64,000 nucleotides of DNA from an uncultured delta proteobacterium (GTDB lineage: Bacteria > Myxococcota_A > Polyangia > Polyangiales > B10-G4). The notes beneath the pieces were generated by a model, which was not told the origin of the DNA, searched no databases, and saw only the letters and a program-made list of their open reading frames with translations. The DNA lies in NCBI GenBank assembly GCA_963727445.1, contig CAVSGI010000008.1, positions 448,001-512,000 on the forward strand, given 5' to 3'. Positions 58,464 through 64,000 of this stretch are shown in pieces. Numbering within the stretch: the stretch's first letter is position 1; each line of letters opens with the position of its first letter. The position numbers and the translations under genes are program-made.

Positions 58464-59385
58464 GTGGAGCCAATCTGGCGAGCGGAGCGGGCGGTCGACG
58501 AGCGCCTGGCGCGCGCGCTCGTCCGTCGTGTCGCACCGGCGCTGGCCGACGCTCCCTTCGAGCGCTTCGGCGAGGGCTACGACAACGTCGCCTATCTCGT
58601 CGCCCGCGAGTGGGTCTTCCGCTTTCCGCAGCGCGAGATGGCGGGCGGGCTCATGGCGGTGGAGTCCCGGGTCCTTCCGGCCATCGCTCGCCGCCTTCCC
58701 CTCGCCATCCCACTGCCCGAGTGGGTGGGTGCCGCGACCGACCTCCATCCGTGGCCCTACGCCGGTTATCGCCTCCTCTTGGGCACCACCGTCGACCGCG
58801 CCGCGCTGGACGACGAGGGTCGCGCCGCCCTCGCCGAGCCCCTCGGCCTCTTTCTCCGTGCCCTGCACGACACGCCGGCGGAGGCGATAAAAGCCGCCGA
58901 CGTGCCACCGGATCTCTTCGGTCGGATGGACGTCCCGCGGCGCCTCGAGATGACGCGCACGCGGCTCGCGGAGGCCGAGGCGCGCGGCTGCGATCCGCGC
59001 CGACGACTACGCCCCCATCCTCGACGTCGTGGACGAGGGCTTCGCGGTGCGGACAGATGTCCTCTGTCACGGCGACCTCTACGACCGCCACCTCCTGGTC
59101 TCTTCGGATGGCACGCTCAGCGGTGTGATCGACTGGGGCGACGTCCACCGCGGCGATCCTGGCGTCGACCTCGCGGTCGCCCACCGCGTCCTTCCGGCGT
59201 CGGCCCACGACGCGTTCCGCGCGGCCTACGGCCCGATCGACGACGCGCGATGGAACGTCGCGCGCGCCCGCGCCCTCTACCACGCGGCATCGACCCTCTT
59301 CTACGCGCGCGACGTGGGCGATGCGCCTCTCGAACGCGGATGCCTCACGAGCCTTTGCTATCTGAAAGCGGCGGGCGTCAGTTGA
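58464..59385 (+). CDS. Aminoglycoside phosphotransferase-family kinase (frameshift ~58995)
   Basis: GEGYDN, VFRFP, CHGDL...H, GVIDWGD...GDP..DLA. Confidence 0.85.
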
Positions 59386-60172
59386 AGGTGAGCGTCGCCG
59401 CGAGCCCCACGCCGTAGAGCGTGTAGTCGTTCGCGAAGCCGAGCACCGAATGGGCCGCGATGCCGAGCCCCCATCGGCGGCCGAGCATCCACTCCTTGCC
59501 GACCGTCAGGTGCAGGCCGAAGCCCGCCGGATCGGTGAGCAGGGCCGTGTCGCCGACGGCGACCTGCATCGCGAGAAAGCTCGCCGAGAGCGACGCGTGG
59601 AGGTTGAGCGGCATCAGGTAATACGCGATGCCGCCGCCGAACATCACCATGGTGAGACCGACGGTGTCGCCGGGCGCCGGAAGGATCGGGCCGTCGTAGT
59701 CCGCCGAGTCGACAATCTGAAAAGTGAACTCGCCGAAGAGGATGAAGTTCTTCGCGATGGCTGCACCGATCTTGATGCCGGCGCCTACCGCCAGGCCCCG
59801 GGCCTGGGTGCCCTGGCCGCTCACGCCCAAGAAACCGAAGCCCACGTGCGGGCGGAGGAAGAAGCCACGGTGCTCCTTCTCCTCCTCCGGCGCGGGTGGT
59901 TCGCCCACCGGGACCACGTCGTCCGTCGCCGCCGCCCCTCCAGCGCTGGCGGTCGCGTCGTATCCCACCGCCGGCTGGCCCGGATAGGCGGGATAGGTCG
60001 ACTGCTCGGGCGGCGGGGGCGGCGGGCCAATCGGCGCATCGGGTGGCGGCGGGGGCGGGCCCTCCGGCGGTGGGGCGTCACCCTCGCCTTCCGGCGCCTC
60101 CTGCGCGCGCGCGACCGGCGTCGCGACCGACAGGAGCGCGGCGAAAAGCAGCGCCGGCCACCCGTGCGTCAT
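59378..60172 (-). CDS. Outer-membrane beta-barrel protein with Pro-rich N-terminus
   Basis: Signal peptide, HRGFFLR, GKEW, terminal TLTFN. Confidence 0.7.
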   Translation of the reverse strand: MTHGWPALLFAALLSVATPVARAQEAPEGEGDAPPPEGPPPPPPDAPIGPPPPPPEQSTYPAYPGQPAVGYDATASAGGAAATDDVVPVGEPPAPEEEKEHRGFFLRPHVGFGFLGVSGQGTQARGLAVGAGIKIGAAIAKNFILFGEFTFQIVDSADYDGPILPAPGDTVGLTMVMFGGGIAYYLMPLNLHASLSASFLAMQVAVGDTALLTDPAGFGLHLTVGKEWMLGRRWGLGIAAHSVLGFANDYTLYGVGLAATLTFN

Positions 60173-60195
60173 GGATCCGTTGTATCACGCGTCGC

Positions 60196-60789
60196 TCAGA
60201 TGCGGAGGACGAGGGATGCTCGGTAGCCCACGTTGAGGGTCTCTAGTTCGTTACGCAGGCCGTAGCTCTCTTGAAGAATCCGCGCGTACTCGACGCCCGC
60301 TTCGAGGGAGATCCCGACCACGTCGTCGACCATGTAGGTCGCTCCGGCCAGAACACCGCCGCCATAGGCCACGGTTGCGTCGAAGTTCCCGAGGCTCGCG
60401 CGCGCATATCTGCCGACGAGGCGGATCGTCGGCGAAACTCTGCCGCGCGCCGCCGGGAGGATCCACACCTTGAGATCGACAGGGATGGCCAGGCCGACGG
60501 AGTCGAACGAGCCCGCGACGCCTGGCCCGCCGAGGCCACCGAGACCGCCCGTGCCGCCGAGGCCACCGAGACCGCCAAACGACGTGGACGACGAGAACGA
60601 CGCCGAAACCCCGGCGCCAATCGTGATGCGGTCGCTGAGGACAATCCCGAACCGAAACCCCGGACCGACGCTCGCCCCGCTGCCGACGAAGGCGCCCTCG
60701 AGCTCGAGGACTTTGTTGGTTTGGGCCTCGGCGGGAGCCGAGACGTAGGTGAGCGCCGCAATCACGGCGCACTGCACGAGTCGCTTCAT
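60196..60789 (-). CDS. Small outer-membrane beta-barrel protein
   Basis: GGAGG RBS, signal peptide AEA-Q, amphipathic strands, Gly-rich loop. Confidence 0.65.
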   Translation of the reverse strand: MKRLVQCAVIAALTYVSAPAEAQTNKVLELEGAFVGSGASVGPGFRFGIVLSDRITIGAGVSASFSSSTSFGGLGGLGGTGGLGGLGGPGVAGSFDSVGLAIPVDLKVWILPAARGRVSPTIRLVGRYARASLGNFDATVAYGGGVLAGATYMVDDVVGISLEAGVEYARILQESYGLRNELETLNVGYRASLVLRI

Positions 60790-60965
60790 TCGCACCTCCT
60801 TTGCGCGCGTTCCATCGCAAGTCGGATGCCAAGGAGCTTCTGCCCGGAAACGCCGGATCGACGGTCTTCCGGCGTCGCTTTCGCGTCTCTTCGTCAGCTA
60901 CGAGAGCTCGACTTCGCCGATTCGACAACGCGCAATCGCGGGCTCGTGCGTGTTAGCCTCGACCG

Positions 60966-62566
60966 ATGCAGACCGCGTCGAAGATCGGGCTCCTCGTGCT
61001 CGGTGTTCTGTGGGGATGCGACTCTGGGCCGGGCACCCTCATCGTCGAGCTTCGAACGGACTATCGGCCGGGGGTGGACTTCGGCGCCGTGAGCACCGAG
61101 CTGATCGGTTTTCGAGACCCTCTCTCCGACACGGTCACCACCGCCGACGATTTCTCCATGCAGCGCCGGGTCGCCGAGCTCCCCGATGTGCCGGGCGGCA
61201 CCTACGATCTGCGCCTGAGCCTGCTCTCGGGGCTCGATGGCGACGTCGTCGCCGGCCGCACCCGATCGGTCACCGTGGACGGCCCGACCGCCGTGGTCAT
61301 CGAGATCCTCTCCGGGATGGATGGGGGCGTGGACGGGTGTACGCCGTCCGGGGCCGAGATCTGCAACGGCGTGGACGACGACTGTGACGCGCTCGTGGAC
61401 GAAGGCGCGGACATGGACGGAGACGGCTTCACCTGGTGCGGTGGTGGGATGATCAGCGAGGTCGACTGCGACGACGCGGATCCCAACGCTCACCCGGGCA
61501 ACGTGCTCATCGCTTCGGCGACCGAGGTGTGCGACGGAACGGACAACGACTGCGACGAGAGCGTGGACGAGGACGACGGCTCCGGCACGCTGTGCACCCC
61601 GGGACTCATCTGCATCGATCGGGTGTGTGCAGACGCCAACGACTGCTCGCTTCCGTCGGTGAGCTGCCCAATGGGAGAGTCGTGCGACTTCACCATGACC
61701 CCGCCCCGCTGTGTCCCGGGAGGGTGTACGCCGAGCAGCTGCACCACGCCGGAGGTGTGCAACTCGCTGAGCGGCGTGTGCGGCGTTCCGGGCACCCTCG
61801 GAGAGTCGTGCTTCACCGACGAGGACTGCGCCGGCGGTGCGATCTGCGTGCAAAACTCCGTCCTCGGCGTGTCGACGGGGGTGAGCTCTTGCGCGACCGC
61901 TTGCTGCCGCGACTCGGATTGTCCGATGGGAACGATCTGTTGGGCGTCCATCACCGGCGTCAGCTTCTGCACGGACCCTGCGCTCGTCGACGCGTCGGCC
62001 GGGAGCAGGCCGGGGTCGTCGTGCGCTGACGATTCCGAGTGCGCATCGGGCCGATGCTTCGAAAGCACGTGTCACCGGCCTTGCGGCAACGACGGTGACT
62101 GCGGAGGGGGGAGAGCTGTGTCGTTCAGACGAGCGGCGCCACCGATCTGCTGGGGTGTGGCGCGCCCGGGGGCTCCGTCACTCAGGGCGATGCGGACCTC
62201 GCGGGAGACGGTTGCGCGAGCCGCATGTCCAACGGAACGGCGTGCGCCGGTTTCGACTGTGGGCCTATCTGCATCGGCGCGTGTAAGACCAGCGTCGACT
62301 GTCCCAGCTCGATCGTCGATCTGGACTACTACTGCGGCTTCAGCACCCCTGCCGGCTACGAAACGCCCCTGCGGATGTGCATCCCCAAGCGACACATGGG
62401 TTCGGGCGAGGATGGTGCGAGCTGCAGTGCGAACGGCGACTGCCACGACCTGGCATGCATCAGTGGAGCATGTGCCGACACCTGCTGCTCGAACGCGGAC
62501 TGCCGGCCAGGCGAACACTGCCGTCCCGTGTACATCCGCGGCCAGTGGGAGACCCACTGCCTTTGA
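60966..62566 (+). CDS. Cys-rich lipoprotein with DxDCD metal-binding repeats (frameshift in poly-G ~62106-62111)
   Basis: Lipobox LWGC; EICNGVDDDCD, EVCDGTDNDCD; many C..D.DC..G..C repeats; C-terminus in ORF 62225..62566. Confidence 0.75.
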
Positions 62567-62572
62567 AGCGCT

Positions 62573-63286
62573 TCAGACGAACCAGAAGGTGAAGCCGAAG
62601 CCGGCGAAGACGTCGCCGCCGATGCCGATGGAGAAGGTGTTCGCTCCGTTGTCGTCGCCGAAAGCGATGCGCGCGCCAGCCTGTCCGTGGATGGAGAAGA
62701 ACTCGGTGGGAAAGATCTCGGCGAAGATGCCGCCGCCGATGCCGAGGTCCCAACGCGTCGCGTCCGGGGTCATGGGGCCGAATGTCTGGTTCTGGATCTG
62801 GAAGTCGATGCTGCCTACCAGGGCGAGGTGACCGCCTTCGAACTCGAAGACGGTGAAGATCCCCGACAGCCCCGTGCCGAAGCCGACGGCGGTGTTTTGA
62901 AGCGCAGCCACGTTGAAGCGGAGCGCGAGCTGCAGGCCGATGGTGTCGGTGGCCTGATAGCGCATCTGCAGCCCCACGAGCCCGCTGAGGAGCCCGTCCG
63001 CGCCCACACCCAGGGTGCCGGCGTCCTGGGCCCCCTGCACCGTGCCCGTCGGGCGGTTGGGGCCGGGATCGAGCTGAACCGTCGTGTCGCCACCCGCCAG
63101 CGACGTCGAGCTGGAGCCGGACGCGGAGCCCGTTCCTTCCATCTCGGCGTCGGCGTTCACGTCGACTTCGCCCGACGTGCCGAGGCCGGTGCTGGTGTCG
63201 TCGCTCTGCGCCGAGGCCAGCGCAGGCGCCCAGAAGAGAAGCGATGCGCCGACGACGGCGCGCAGAAGCGTGGAGTTCTTCATCAT
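62573..63286 (-). CDS. Outer-membrane beta-barrel protein
   Basis: Signal peptide ASA-Q; ends AGFGFTFWFV; start uncertain within MERMMKN. Confidence 0.7.
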   Translation of the reverse strand: MMKNSTLLRAVVGASLLFWAPALASAQSDDTSTGLGTSGEVDVNADAEMEGTGSASGSSSTSLAGGDTTVQLDPGPNRPTGTVQGAQDAGTLGVGADGLLSGLVGLQMRYQATDTIGLQLALRFNVAALQNTAVGFGTGLSGIFTVFEFEGGHLALVGSIDFQIQNQTFGPMTPDATRWDLGIGGGIFAEIFPTEFFSIHGQAGARIAFGDDNGANTFSIGIGGDVFAGFGFTFWFV

Positions 63287-63294
63287 GCGCTCCA

Positions 63295-63892
63295 TCAGCT
63301 GAACCACACGGTGAAGCCGGCCTGACCCCAGAGGCCCGCGCCGAGGTCGAGCGCGAAGCCGTCACCGGTCACGACGAAGTCGAAGGCGCCTCCGTTGCCA
63401 GCCGGGATTCTGACTCTGGACGAACCCGAGGCGAACCCCCGCGCTCGCGAAGAAGGAGAAGTTCTTCATCGCGAACCACTCGCCCATCACGCCGAGCGCG
63501 GCCAGAACGCCGACGTCCTCCGGAGAAGGCGGCGCCATCGGTCCAGGGGCGCCGTTGTTCAGTCTCCGGTAGAGGAAGTCCGCCCCGAAGAGCAGGGAGA
63601 TGTGCCCCACGTCGAAGGGCGCGACCTTCAGCATCCCGTAGATACCAGCGTCGAGACCGAAGGTGTTCGCGTTACCGGCCGTCGCGTAGCCGAGGCCGAA
63701 GGTGCCCATGATCCCGAAGTAGTCCGAAAAGTACGTCCGGAAGTGCAGGCCCGCCGAACCGCCGAGGTTCACGTTGGCCCCGATGCCGATCGCCCCGTTC
63801 TTGTCGGCCCAATCCCCCTGCTGCGCCGACGCCACAGACGGCGTCACCGCGAGGAGAACCAAGCCCAGAAGGGCACTCTTGGTAGTGGTCAC
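63295..63892 (-). CDS. Outer-membrane beta-barrel protein, paralogue of downstream gene (frameshift ~63404)
   Basis: Signal peptide ASA-Q; corrected C-terminus ...GLWGQAGFTVWFS-stop at 63295. Confidence 0.65.
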
Positions 63893-63954
63893 GCGTGTAT
63901 GATGCTTGCCTACATCAGCCCACACAAAAAAGCGGCAGCGATTTCGGCCCGCAC

Positions 63955-63990
63955 CAAAACGAAGAGCCGGCCCGAAGGCCGGCTCTTTCT
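63955..63990 (-). terminator. Intrinsic terminator (possibly bidirectional)
   Basis: Minus strand AAGAGCCGGCC-TTCG-GGCCGGCTCTT then CGTTTT; 11-bp stem with C(UUCG)G loop just after a minus-strand TGA at 63993-63995. Confidence 0.8.
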
Positions 63991-64000
63991 CTTCAGTACA

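Noticed and set aside
58464..59385. Bona fide antibiotic resistance gene
   Set aside because: APH-family motifs alone do not define the substrate; no mobile context

Overview
High-GC bacterial DNA whose gene content (many Ser/Thr kinases, FHA/sigma-54 activators, 'GCGDD' lipoproteins, Cys-rich repeat proteins) suggests Myxococcota/Polyangia (inference). 0.6-19.4 kb is a Wzx/Wzy-dependent exopolysaccharide locus: GH9, flippase, GT2, two GT4, Wzy-like, Wza, Wzc-like, WcaJ, SGNH-like protein, acyl-CoA ligase and acetyltransferase. It embeds an unexplained Pol-beta-type nucleotidyltransferase + phosphodiesterase pair. The rest is mixed: MFS, FG-GAP/ASPIC protein, STAND-TPR regulator, kinases, an orphan adenine MTase coupled to a kinase, KamA, sdhCAB, DedA, LdcA, hisC, a headless CCA-type HD protein and several outer-membrane beta-barrels. 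The most striking non-coding feature is a 1.9-kb nested element at 31.86-33.75 kb between two convergent sigma-54-type regulators: G-rich 126-bp repeats and ~240-bp inverted arms enclosing 13 palindromic 51-bp units. At least 13 genes have a TANNNT hexamer 6-10 nt before the start codon, suggesting widespread leaderless transcription. About 14 genes outside sdhAB carry single-base frameshifts, and sdhAB carries many; these are most likely long-read assembly errors. All product calls come from motif reading, not database searches.
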